Shown here: piece after piece, positions 37,050 through 47,431 of the stretch
Position numbering within the stretch: the stretch's first letter is position 1
How the letters are laid out: each line of letters begins with the position of its first letter
DNA from: Mytilus californianus
Taxonomy: Eukaryota
Reading direction: 5' to 3'
DNA: 64,000 nucleotides
NCBI RefSeq assembly: GCF_021869535.1
Contig: NW_026262690.1
Location: 113,708,001-113,772,000 of the forward strand
Translations under genes and position numbers: made by a program
Notes under the pieces: generated by a model
Told to the model about the DNA's origin: nothing
Database searches by the model: none
Seen by the model: the letters and a program-made list of their open reading frames with translations, nothing else

Positions 37050-39220
37050 AAGGGGGATTTTCCAGTTTTCGGACAATAACTCAAGAATGCTTTCACCAAC
37101 TTGCAAGAAATTTTGGTTAATTGTTTATATCTATTGACATGAGCTCCCTTTGGATTTTTATAAATTTTAGATTTTACGTTTCCGAGTTATGGGGTTTTAT
37201 TCATAAAAAAAAGGGGGATTTTCCAGTTTTTGGACAATAACTCAAAAATGCTTTCAGCAGTTCTCATGAAACTTTGATGAATTGTTGATATCTATTGATG
37301 TAAGCTCCCTTTAGAATTTTATAAATTTTAGATTTTACATTTCCGAATTATGGGGTTTATTCATTAAAAAAGGGGGGTTTTCCAGTTTTCAGACAAAAAC
37401 TCAAAAATGCTTTCAGCAATTTGTATGAAACTTTGGTGAACTGTTTATATCTATTGATGTAAGCTCCCTTTAGAATTTTATAAATTTTATTTGTTTATAG
37501 TCTGACAACAGATTTACTAAGTATTGCGCAACAGCACAGTGTATTGCACAACAGCAAGAAATCTTTAATTGAATATAAATTCAATTCATATAACCAACTT
37601 CAAGTTCTTTGACTACATTTATTCAGAAACCTATAATAGATGTATGTCAAATATTTAATTACAATCCAAATTCAGACCTGTATCAAGCTTGAATATTGTG
37701 TCCATTTTTGCCCCAACTGTTCAGGGTTAGACCTCTGCGGGCGTATCCAGCTGCGCTCAGCGAAGCAGTTTATTAAGAGATGGTGTCATGCATCATGTTC
37801 ATTGAGTTTATCTCCACTTTTTATCATGATTCCAAAAGCCAGCCTACCTTCAATTGATTGAAATCAATGTCTGATATGTCAATGGTTACGGTTTAAATAA
37901 AAGCATGTGTCATAAACATCAACAAGACAGCAACCCAACAATACATCAACACACTGTTGTCAATAATAAAAAGTTCTATATGATATGGCAAGCTATAAAT
38001 AACAGTCTTAACATGATGATTGATGAAGTCTTTTTATACGACCGCAAAAAAAATTTTGTGGTCGTATATTGGTATGACGTTGGCGTCGTCGTCGTCGTTG
38101 TCGTTGTCGTCGTCGTCCGGCGTCGTCCTGCGTCGTCCGAAGACACATTGGTTTTCGCACTCTAACTTTAGTTTAAGTGGAGATCTTTATGAAATTTTAC
38201 CACAAGGTTCAATACCACAAAAGGAAGGTTGGGATTGATTTTGGGGGTTATGGTACCAACAGTAAAGGAATTGGGGGCCAAAAAGGGGCCAAAAATAAGC
38301 ATTTTTGTAACTTCCAGACATAACTTGTGTGTTAGTGTATGGATCTCTCTGACATTGTACCACAAGGTTCCATATCACTAAAGGAATGCTGGGATTGATT
38401 TTGGGGGTAATTGCCTGAAAATTTTAGGAATTAGGGGCAAAAAAAGGGGCAAAAAACAAGCATTTTTCTAGTGTCATGACAATAACTTGTGTGTAAGTGT
38501 ATGGATCTTTCTGAAATTGTACTACAAGGTTCCATATCACAAAGGGACAGCTGGAATTGAGTTTGGGGGTAATTGCCGAAACGTTTAGGAATTGGGGGCC
38601 AAAAAGGGACCAAAAAACACATTTTTCTAGTTTCCAGACAATAACTTGTGTTCAAGTGTATGGATCTCTCTGAAATTGTACTGCAAGGTACCATACCACA
38701 AAGGAAAGGCTGGGATTGATGATGGGGGTAATTGCCTCAAAATTTTAGGAATTAGGGGCCAAAAACAAGCATTTTTCTAGTTTCCAGACAATAACTTGTG
38801 TGTAAGTGTATGGATCTTTCTGAAATTGTACTACAAGGTTCCATATCACAAAGGGATAGCTGGGTTTGAGTTTGGGGGTAATTGCCCTAAACGTTTAGGA
38901 ATTTGGGGCCAAAAAGGGACAAAAAAAACATTTTTCTAGTTTCCAGACAACAACTTGTGTTCAAGTGTATGGATCTCTCTGAAATTGTACTGCAAGGTAC
39001 CATACCACAAAGGGAAGGCTGGGATTGAGTTTGGGGGTGATGAATCATAAGGGGGTTCAAAAAATTTGGGGGGGGGGGGGGATTTATTTTTGTTTTCCTT
39101 TTTTGTTTCTTTTAAAATTTTCCATTTTAAGTTGGTTATTTCTGATTTACATTAAAATCAAATAATAATGATATGGTAGGAGATACACACCAAACAGGAT
39201 GTGTAAATTATTATATAATA

Positions 39221-39445
39221 AGTATTGTGCAATAGCAAGAAATTTTCAATTGCACAGTATTGCACAATAGCAAGAAATCTTCAATTGCACAGTATTGCGC
39301 AATAGCAAGAAATCTTCAATTGCACAGTATTGCGCAATAGCAAGAAATATCCAATAGCACAATATTGCGCAATAGCAAGAAATTGTCAATTGTACAGTAT
39401 TGCGCAATAGCAAGAAATATTTAATAGCACAGGATTGTGCAAAAG
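39221..39445. repeat. ~6 x 35-bp repeat (AATAGCAAGAAATCTTCAATTGCACAGTATTGCGC)
   Basis: Seen directly; remnants also at 37520-37572. Confidence 0.92.
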
Positions 39446-39499
39446 AAGATACTTCCTATAAATTGCTTATTTCTTGACCAATTTCAATGGGGTTTTATT

Positions 39500-40600
39500 C
39501 TTGATTTCATGGGGTTCTTTGATATGCTGAATCTAACAGTGTATTTAGTTTTTGGATTTTGGGCCCAGTTTTCAAGTCGGTCCAAATCGGGGTCCAAAAT
39601 TAAACTTTGTTTGATTTCAACAAAAATTGAATATATGAGGTTCTTTGATATGCTGAATCTAACCATGTATTTAGATTTTTGATTTTTGGGCCCTGTTATC
39701 AACTTTGTCCACATTGAGGTCAAAAGGGTCCACTTTGTTTGATTTCATCAAAAATTGAATTCTTGGGGTTCTTTGATATGCCGAATCTAACCGTGTATTT
39801 AGATTCTTAATTTTTGGTTCCGTTTTCAAATTGGTCTACATTAAGGTCCAAAGGGTCCAAAATTAAACTTAGTTTGATTTTAACAAAAATTGAATTCTTA
39901 AGGTTCTTTGATATGCTGAATCTAAACATGTATTTAGATTTTTGATTATGGGCCCAGTTTTCAAGTTGGTCCAAATCGGGGTCCAAAATTAAACTTTGTT
40001 TGATTTCAACAAAAATTGAATATATGGGGTTCTTTGATATGCTGAATCTAACCATGTATTTAGATTTTTGATTTTTGGGCCCCGTTATCAACTTTGTCCA
40101 CATTGAGGTCAAAAGGGTCCAAAATTAAACTTTGTTTGATTTCATCAAAAATTGAATTCTTTGGGTTCTTTGATATGCCGAATCTAACCGTGTATTTACA
40201 TTCTTAATTTTTGGTTCTGTTTTCAAATTGGTCTACATTAAGGTCCAAAGGGTCCAAAATTAAACTTAGTTTGATTTTAACAAAAATTAATTTTTTAGGG
40301 TTCTTTGATATGCTGAATCTAAACATGTATTTATATTTTTGATTATGGCCCCAGTTTTCAAGTTGGTCCAAATCGGGGTCCAAAATTAAACTTTGTTTGA
40401 TTTCAACAAAAATTGAATATATGGGGTTCTTTGATATGCTGAATCTAACCATGTATTTAGATTTTTGATTTTTGGGCCCCGTTATCAACTTTGTCCACAT
40501 TGAGGTCAAAAGGGTCTAAAATTAAACTTTGTTTGATTTCATCAAAAATTGAATTCTTGGGGTTCTTTGATATGCTGAATCTAACCATGTATTTAGATTT
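39500..40600. repeat. ~9 x 126-136-bp repeat with 397-bp trimeric higher-order unit
   Basis: GTTCTTTGATATGC spacings 126,128,135,126,136,135,126,136. Confidence 0.92.
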
Positions 40601-40846
40601 TGGATATTGGACCATAATAGGTGAATATCCAATTTAAAATTTTTAAGTTCTTAGACCACATTCATTCTGTGTTAGAAACCTATGCTGTGTCAAATATTTA
40701 ATCACAATCCAAATGCAAAGCTGTATCAAGCTTGAATGTTGTGTCCATACTTCCCCCAACTGTTCAGTGTTCGACCTCTGCGGTCGCATCAAGCTGCGAC
40801 CTGCGGAGCATTTTATTATCTTATATTTCCTTAAACATTTCAATAT

Positions 40847-41612
40847 CAACCAAGAATATGTGTCCAAAGGATACCATGCCTCACTCTCACCATCACATTT
40901 CAATGTAAACCAAGGACGTGTGTCCAAAGGATACCATGCCTCACTCTCACTATCACATTTCTATGTAAACCAAAAACATGTGTCCAAAGGATACCATGCC
41001 TCACTCTCACATTTCTATGTAAACCAAGAACATGTGTCCAAAGGTTACCATGCCTCACTCTCACTATCACATTTCTATGTAAACCAAGAATATGTGTCCA
41101 AAGGATACCATGCCTCACTCTCACTATCACATTTCTATGTAAACCAAGAATATGTGTCCAAAGGATACCATGCCTCACTCTCACTATCACATTTCTATGT
41201 AAACCAAGAACATGTGTCCAAAGGATACCATGCCTCACTCTCACTATCACATTTCTATGTAAACCAAGAATATGTGTCCAAAGGATACCATGCCTCACTC
41301 TCACATTTCTATGTAAACCAAGAACATGTGTCCAAAGGTTACCATGCCTCACTCTCACTATCACATTTCTATGTAAACCAAGAATATGTGTCCAAAGGAT
41401 ACCATGCCTCACTCTCACTATCACATTTCTATGTAAACCAAAAACATGTGTCCAAAGGTTACCATGCCTCACTCTCACTATCACATTTCTATGTAAACCA
41501 AGAACATGTGTCCAAAGGTTACCATGCCTCACTCTCACTATCACATTTCTATGTAAACCAAGAACATGTGTCCAAAGGATACCATGCCTCACTCTCACTA
41601 TCACATTTCTAT
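40847..41612. repeat. 13 tandem copies (11 x 60 bp, 2 x 54 bp) of a HINE terminus
   Basis: Unit AACCAAGAA(T/C)ATGTGTCCAAAGGATACCATGCCTCACTCTCACTATCACATTTCTATGTA aligns with 54181-54240. Confidence 0.9.
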
Positions 41613-41830
41613 GCTCAGTGAATATTGGAATCTGGGTAATAGCCCCAATTGGTATACATGTGTATTTAACAGTTCATAATGAACATACCGTATGTACTTA
41701 TTTTCTAGTTGATTGGAGCAAAATCTACCTTAAACCAAAACTTTCATCTGATACGGGACGGACAGTTGGCTATGGATACACAGACCAGAAAACATAATAC
41801 CCCTTTATTATCAAAGGCTTGACATAAAAA
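41613..41830 (-). mobile_element. Remainder of the HINE whose terminus is amplified
   Basis: CTACCTTAAACCAAAACTTTCATCTGATACGGGACGGACAG..CATAATACCCC..CATAAAAA matches 54355-54432. Confidence 0.75.
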
Positions 41831-44386
41831 ATTAAACTTATTTTGGAACCTCTTTTTCTAGTATCGGTGTAGGAATGATTTTTGAAGATAAATGTTCAGG
41901 GTTCTATGAAAGTACTATGTAAAGCTGTTTGTATATGAAATGGATATGAAACTGTGAAGTACACTTTCTCAGTGACCACTAACTAAAAGGTTACTATAAT
42001 AATGTTCAAATATGGAGCTTAAAAAATATAAACTCCTTTGATAAACTTGTTTTACAATAAGGAGTCAATATAAACATATATAATAGTGGTGATTTAGACA
42101 AACTTTGATGTGAAGTGTAATACTAGATCTAATAGCCCATCTCCAGGAAACTTGGATCAGTCTCAATCACTGTCCAAACCTTATATCGTTCAACAACAGA
42201 CTTATCTTCTGTCCATTATGTGGGAAAAACCTCCGTACCAAAATCACAATCAAAACAGACCACTTGATCTTAAATTATGAAGAAAGTAAATCACCATTTT
42301 TGGTAAATACAGATAAACATACAGGTGTATGAGCTACCTAGAGACAAGTAAAACTGAACATCATTACGCATAAATAACAACACAAACGGAATAAATCAAG
42401 CTAATACTATTGTCCTCAATGTGGCTATCTTATCTAGATGTTATTTACTGTCAACGGTCCCAATATAAATACCACAATTTATAATTCTATTCTCGCAGAT
42501 TATTTCATGCAAATTTACATATTCAACATTCCATGTGCTCATTTTTCATTTTTATAGAATTGAAGGTAATGACTTCAATTTGCAGTTTATTGCCGATTTC
42601 ATGTAATGTCCGTTTGGGAAAGTACAGAAAAAACTTTATGATTAATCTTCTTATTACATTGGGTAATGGGATGGAATTTTATGATAAACTTTCGTAATAA
42701 ATTTATGCAATAACAATATGGTTATAATCCAACAAGGATTTAAGATAGAAATGTGAGATCAACCTCTTTGATGTAGCGATAAAATTGATGATCAATTTTT
42801 CATCTTTTTTCTTTATCTCAACAGTAGTCGCAATAAAGTAGGATTAAATATCTGTTTTTAATGAAATGGTCTAATTTATATAAAAAAATAAATGAGATTT
42901 ATTTATATAGAAAATAAATGAGATTTATTTATATATTCTTTTGTTAAAAAATCTACAAATACTATATATGGTAAATATAGGACATACATTTTGCAACAGC
43001 TGTTTGATTTGCAACTATAAATAGAACTGGATCATAGTAGTTCTATTGTCTATCGAATAGAATTTCCAGACATGAAACCACATCAACTTAATTGGTTTGT
43101 ACATTATGAAATACCATCTATACCTACATATGGATTCTTTATTTATACATATTAGGTCAACAAGGCGGAAATTATATAATCATGTGTTTTAACATCATTA
43201 TGGAAGCTTATGTCGATTTCGGTTCTGTTGAATTATTTCTGTGTATTGTATTTTGATGATCATTTTCGCTTCAACCAAGTTCAAGATATAGCCAAAAATG
43301 CAAAAATGGACAAAAATTGAAATTCAAGGGCATTTCCATCAGGAGTAGATTGCCAATTTCACTTATGTTGACCTATTTGTAGATTTTATCTTGCTGATCA
43401 TTTTTGCTCCACGCAATCTCCCTCTGTCTACTATACTTTTCACCAAAATCACCAAAATTTGTTAAAATCTTCAACGTAATGCTTCAATGAGACAGCAATC
43501 CAAATACAATATAAACTGTTGACACAGAGATATGTCTCGCCTGTCAGCATAAAATTCAGAAAAAGGCAATCTGATGGACAGCAATATTCCTTATTTAATC
43601 AGTCGCTGGAACATGATTTAGTGGGCAGGGCCTGAAAATGGTCGACAAACTGAAATGTACTGACAGTAATTGTAACTTTATAGAAAATATCGTTGTCTAT
43701 TGTAAGTTATTAGTTCCTTTCAATCTAACTTTAAGCAGAAAACTTAACATTGAAAAAATCAATTGGAAGTCACTGGACCATGTCCCAAGAAAATTTTGCT
43801 TCTTGCAACTCAAAGATTTTTGTTCCTTAAAATTCAAAGATCTATAATGATATTAAATTGATGTGGCCTAATTGATCATTTAATAGGCTTATACACTTTT
43901 AAAACATGGTCCCATAAGTGTAAACAAACTATGTACTATTAACCTAAAAATCTGTCAGACTAAATAATTATAGTATACTAATGCTAAAGGCAAAACAGAA
44001 ATAATAGATGGAAAGGTTATTCCTTTAATGATAACAAAGGCATAGTGTCATTTAACTTTTAAGTCCATCTCTAATCTGATGATTTCTAAACATTAGAATA
44101 CACATAGACTGCAGATTAAAACATTAATCCCTCTCTAAACAAAGATCTTGACTCTTTCTGTCGTATATCATTATAGTAAGATTTCATAATACGTAGAAAA
44201 ATTGTCAACAAACACATAACGATCAAATATTTACGATGCCTCTAGACTTCAACCATACTTAACCCACATCACTTAATCAGATCCATAGTTTGGATTAAGT
44301 CTTGTTCTTTGTCCGATTACAGCAGGCATCCCTAAAGTTACGACTCTGTCCGATTATTTCTTCGACTTAGATGTAGCATACGTTAC

Positions 44387-44438
44387 TTAATTATATCTTC
44401 TAATCTGGTTACTCTGTTGGAATCCCTGTCTTACAGCC
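44387..44438 (-). CDS. Last coding exon of an unidentified gene (AVRQGFQQSNQIRRYN*)
   Basis: Acceptor GTGATTTTTTTAG; phase matches the upstream exon (GA+G = Glu); TAA at 44389-87. Confidence 0.75.
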
Positions 44439-44515
44439 CTAAAAAAATCACAAAACACGTCATTAATACAATGGAAGTTTAAAGTCAATCAAACTAAAAT
44501 TCTTTACATAAGTAC

Positions 44516-44591
44516 TCAGCTACAAGATAGATCAATTTCTCCCTCTCTTTTTCTTCCATTTCAGCAAACACTTTCAATTTTTCAAACAAGT
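44516..44591 (-). CDS. Penultimate coding exon (xLFEKLKVFAEMEEKEREKLIYLVAE)
   Basis: Acceptor TCAATTTAG, donor GA|GTACTT, 76 nt, Glu/Lys-rich coding bias, 77-nt GT-AG intron to the next exon. Confidence 0.78.
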
Positions 44592-44731
44592 CTAAATTGA
44601 CATATAGCATAAATACAGCTTGTGACAAACAAAATACAAATTAAATAAAACATCTAAAACAAATTTTACTATCAGTTTATCAAGAGTCCCTGGTCCCCCA
44701 TTTCATTGGCTGTTTTAAAAAAGGAACCTAC

Positions 44732-44757
44732 TTTGTACCAGTTGAAAATTTATTGGA
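44732..44757 (-). CDS. Candidate 26-nt exon (xPINFQLVQ)
   Basis: Acceptor TTTATTCTCAG, donor AAA|GTAGGT; phase-1 end fits exon 44591. Confidence 0.4.
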
Positions 44758-44957
44758 CTGAGAATAAATGTAGCCCTTTTCATATGTGATACTCATAAAG
44801 AGAGTATTTTGAGAGCCCACTTCAGACAAACTATTATTACTTTTGCAATGGATATATTTACAGATGAAATAAAGTTTTATATATATAGTATCTATCCTTG
44901 TACTTATATTCATGGATTTAGGGTTACCCTTCCAAAGCAAAGCAGTTCCAACAAGTT

Positions 44958-45165
44958 TTTATTTTGGTTAGTGTTGCTCAATCAAGTTTTTATTTGGGTT
45001 AGTGTTTTTTATTTGGGTGTGTGTTGCTCAATCAAGTTTTTATTTGGGTTAATGATTTTTTATTTGGGTTAGTGTTGCTCAATCAAGTTTTTATTTGGGT
45101 ATGTGTTGCTCAATCAAGTTTTTATTTCGATTAGTGTTGCTCAATCATTAGTTTTCTCTGTAGTG
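44958..45165 (+). repeat. ~5-6 x 31-bp unit TTTTTATTTGGGTTAGTGTTGCTCAATCAAG, from the 5' part of the common element
   Basis: Unit matches the start of 10790 and 31755. Confidence 0.85.
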
Positions 45166-45444
45166 TATAGTTCTCTTTTGTTCCTATATTTCGTCATCTC
45201 CACACTTTGTTCCTCTAAACAATCTCATTTTTCTGGACAGACAAGAATGACTTGTTTTGACTGTTGGTAGGATCAATGTACCTATCAAACTTATTTCACA
45301 GTATATTAAATAAATTTCATTTAGTGGAAAGTGTACACAAATCTCCTCATTATAAAATCTAGGGGGACTTGTAATTATAATAATTTACTTTTGTACCAAA
45401 TACCACTTTTGTATAATGATAGAAATAACAACTCACTCATCATG

Positions 45445-45636
45445 GAGGGTCGTAAAGGGGGGGTATCTGCACGGAAGAACGCGAAATAAAATTGCCATTT
45501 CACGATTAAAAATTTCTTGCACATTGATCTTTTTACCGATTTCACGAAACACGGTGAATAACGAACCTTTTTCACGGCTGCACGTGAAATAAAAAAGCCA
45601 AAACATGTTGCACGAAAATCACCCTTTACCACCCTC
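45445..45636. mobile_element. MITE, GAGG family, 6-bp TSD ATCATG
   Basis: GAGGGTCGTAAAGGG/CCCTTTACCACCCTC; ATCATG at 45439-44 and 45637-42. Confidence 0.9.
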
Positions 45637-46304
45637 ATCATGTGAAAACTGAACTGATATTTTGACATTTAAAATTGTAAATTGTTATGAATGAACGATG
45701 TCAAAATTTCAATAATCAATTCTGAAAATGTCAATTTCCTTCCTAGGGTGACAATCCTCGCTCTTGTTGTGTAGACAAAATCAGATTAGTTTAATTAGTA
45801 TGAAAAGAAAAGTTCATTAAGATAATAATCTTGTATCTTCCACCTGAGTAGTCATGTGATTAAATACATGTGTCAGGTGACAAGTTTCTATTTCTCATGA
45901 ATATCACATTCCTACACACAATTAGCCAACATGAATTGTCATTACCAAACATAAATATGCATTATATCTCATTATTCCATAAGGTCAAATATTTGTTAAT
46001 TAACATCAGTTATTTTTAATAACAATAGGTCTCCATATTAAAATTTAGTTTTTACGATAGTTCATTTTTGATAATAATAGTTCAAACAGCCATCATTAAT
46101 AATTTGAAAACGTTAATTGTTTAAGATCTGATGGTTTGTATGAAATTAACCCCCATAAAGAAATGCAATAAAATCATTTATTAATATGACAGAGGGTTTC
46201 TTTGTGACATCTTTTGTCCCCAATAGAAGTTCACAGATGCACTGCAGGTAAGCACATGTTGAGTCTATAGATTTAATCAGCACATAAATTTAATAAGAAG
46301 AGCC

Positions 46305-46440
46305 CAGTGACGGATCCAGGCGGGGGTTTCTGGGAGTTGGAACACCCCCTTTTTTTTGACGATCAATGCTTTTGAATGGGGACATATGGTTGGAACCCCA
46401 CCCCTTTCCCCCTTTTTAAAAATGGCTGGATCCGCCCTTG
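46305..46440. mobile_element. MITE, CAG-GGCGGATCC family
   Basis: CAGTGACGGATCCAG...GGATCCGCCCTTG; flanks GAGCC/GAGAC. Confidence 0.85.
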
Positions 46441-46924
46441 GAGACTGCACCTCCCACACAGCATCTATCCCCTAATATAAACAGTTGCTACTGTCAAACT
46501 CTTACCTATGGAAGTTTCTAACCCTTTAGAGGCTTTTTAAAATTTGATTACATTTTTTTAAATTTGAAAAATGACAATCATAATCAACTAATTCTAGCAG
46601 CCACATTTCAATCTGACCAGAGCAAAGAGGAATTTTCATACATTAATCCAGCTTAGTTTGTATTGAATTGGTTAAGTATAGTCTCAGGGGAGATGATAAA
46701 TTGATTTTCCATAAGGTTGGGCGGGTATGTTGGACTATTACCACAATGCATGTCATCAGAACAACTTTAAATGAAAATTCTTTGTAAAAGGTCCACAAAT
46801 TATCAATCTTATAAAGTTAAGGAAAAAAAAAACAGAAAAAATTAGATTCAACTAAAACTCACCTTGAATACTTTTATTATATTGAAGTGAGTAAATTCAA
46901 TGATCTCCCCTTAAATATATTGGA

Positions 46925-47066
46925 CAGGGGCGGATCCAGCCATTTTTAAAAGGGGGGGTTCCAACTATATGTCCCCATTCAAATGCATTGATCGTCAAAA
47001 AAAAGGGGGTTCCAACCTCCAGAACACCCCCCCCCCCCCCCCCCCCCCCCCCCCGATCCGCCACTG
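46925..47066. mobile_element. MITE, same family, opposite orientation, 5-bp TSD TTGGA, internal C28 run
   Basis: CAGGGGCGGATCC...GATCCGCCACTG; TTGGA at 46920-24 and 47067-71. Confidence 0.9.
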
Positions 47067-47390
47067 TTGGACTGGAATTAAATTCCTTTGCACTCATCCT
47101 CTGTAGTGTTCAAAACTGTGTAAAGTTTCATTAAAATGTATAGCAGTTTAGGAGTAAGCTAACAGATAGACAGACATATGGAGAAGGTGATTCGTATATC
47201 AAACCCCAACCCCAGCAGGTTTGTTTGTTTGGTGGCCGGAGGGGGGGGGGGGGGGGGGGGGGGGGTTGAAGATAATAATTGCCTCTGAAGGTCATCATGG
47301 GATAATTCCAAGAAGAACATCTCAAGTGATGACAGTAATACAGAATAAGTTTTGATCTAGTGGTAGAAAATGAAAGTCAAAACTAGTTAC

Positions 47391-47431
47391 TGAATTTGAT
47401 GCACATTTTCGGATATGCCTTCTTCACTAAC
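47391..47431 (-). CDS. Candidate 41-nt exon (LVKKAYPKMCIKF or VSEEGISENVHQI)
   Basis: Acceptor TGTGTCTTCAG, donor CA|GTAACT; two open frames, each phase-compatible with a downstream candidate. Confidence 0.4.

Larger units (their letters stand above)
34465..37770 (+). mobile_element. HINE/pearl-like non-autonomous Helentron (outer element) with ~160-bp internal repeats
   Basis: T-run + subTIR ATACGCCCG with local IR; (GTCC)n microsatellite; 3' subTIR CGGGCGTAT (37738-46) followed by a GC stem-loop; no TSD. Confidence 0.85.
38031..40814 (+). mobile_element. HINE with three internal tandem arrays (~160, 35 and ~130 bp)
   Basis: TTTTTATACGACCGC with IR GTGGTCGTATA; (GTC)n; 3' subTIR GCGGTCGCAT (40780-89) plus stem-loop; 3' ~130 bp shared with 37640-37770. 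Confidence 0.88.

Noticed and set aside
39437-40509. 101-aa repeated ORFs
   Set aside because: Products of the 397-bp higher-order repeat within a HINE.
40713-41621. 302-aa His/Tyr/Ser repeat ORF resembling a byssal or structural protein
   Set aside because: It starts inside a HINE 3' end, the unit is a transposon terminus, the opposite strand is also open, and there is no signal peptide. Openness follows from 60/54-bp units without stops.
44540-44565. Strong plus-strand acceptor CTCCCTCTCTTTTTCTTCCATTTCAG
   Set aside because: Better explained as the antisense of Glu/Lys codons in the minus-strand exon.
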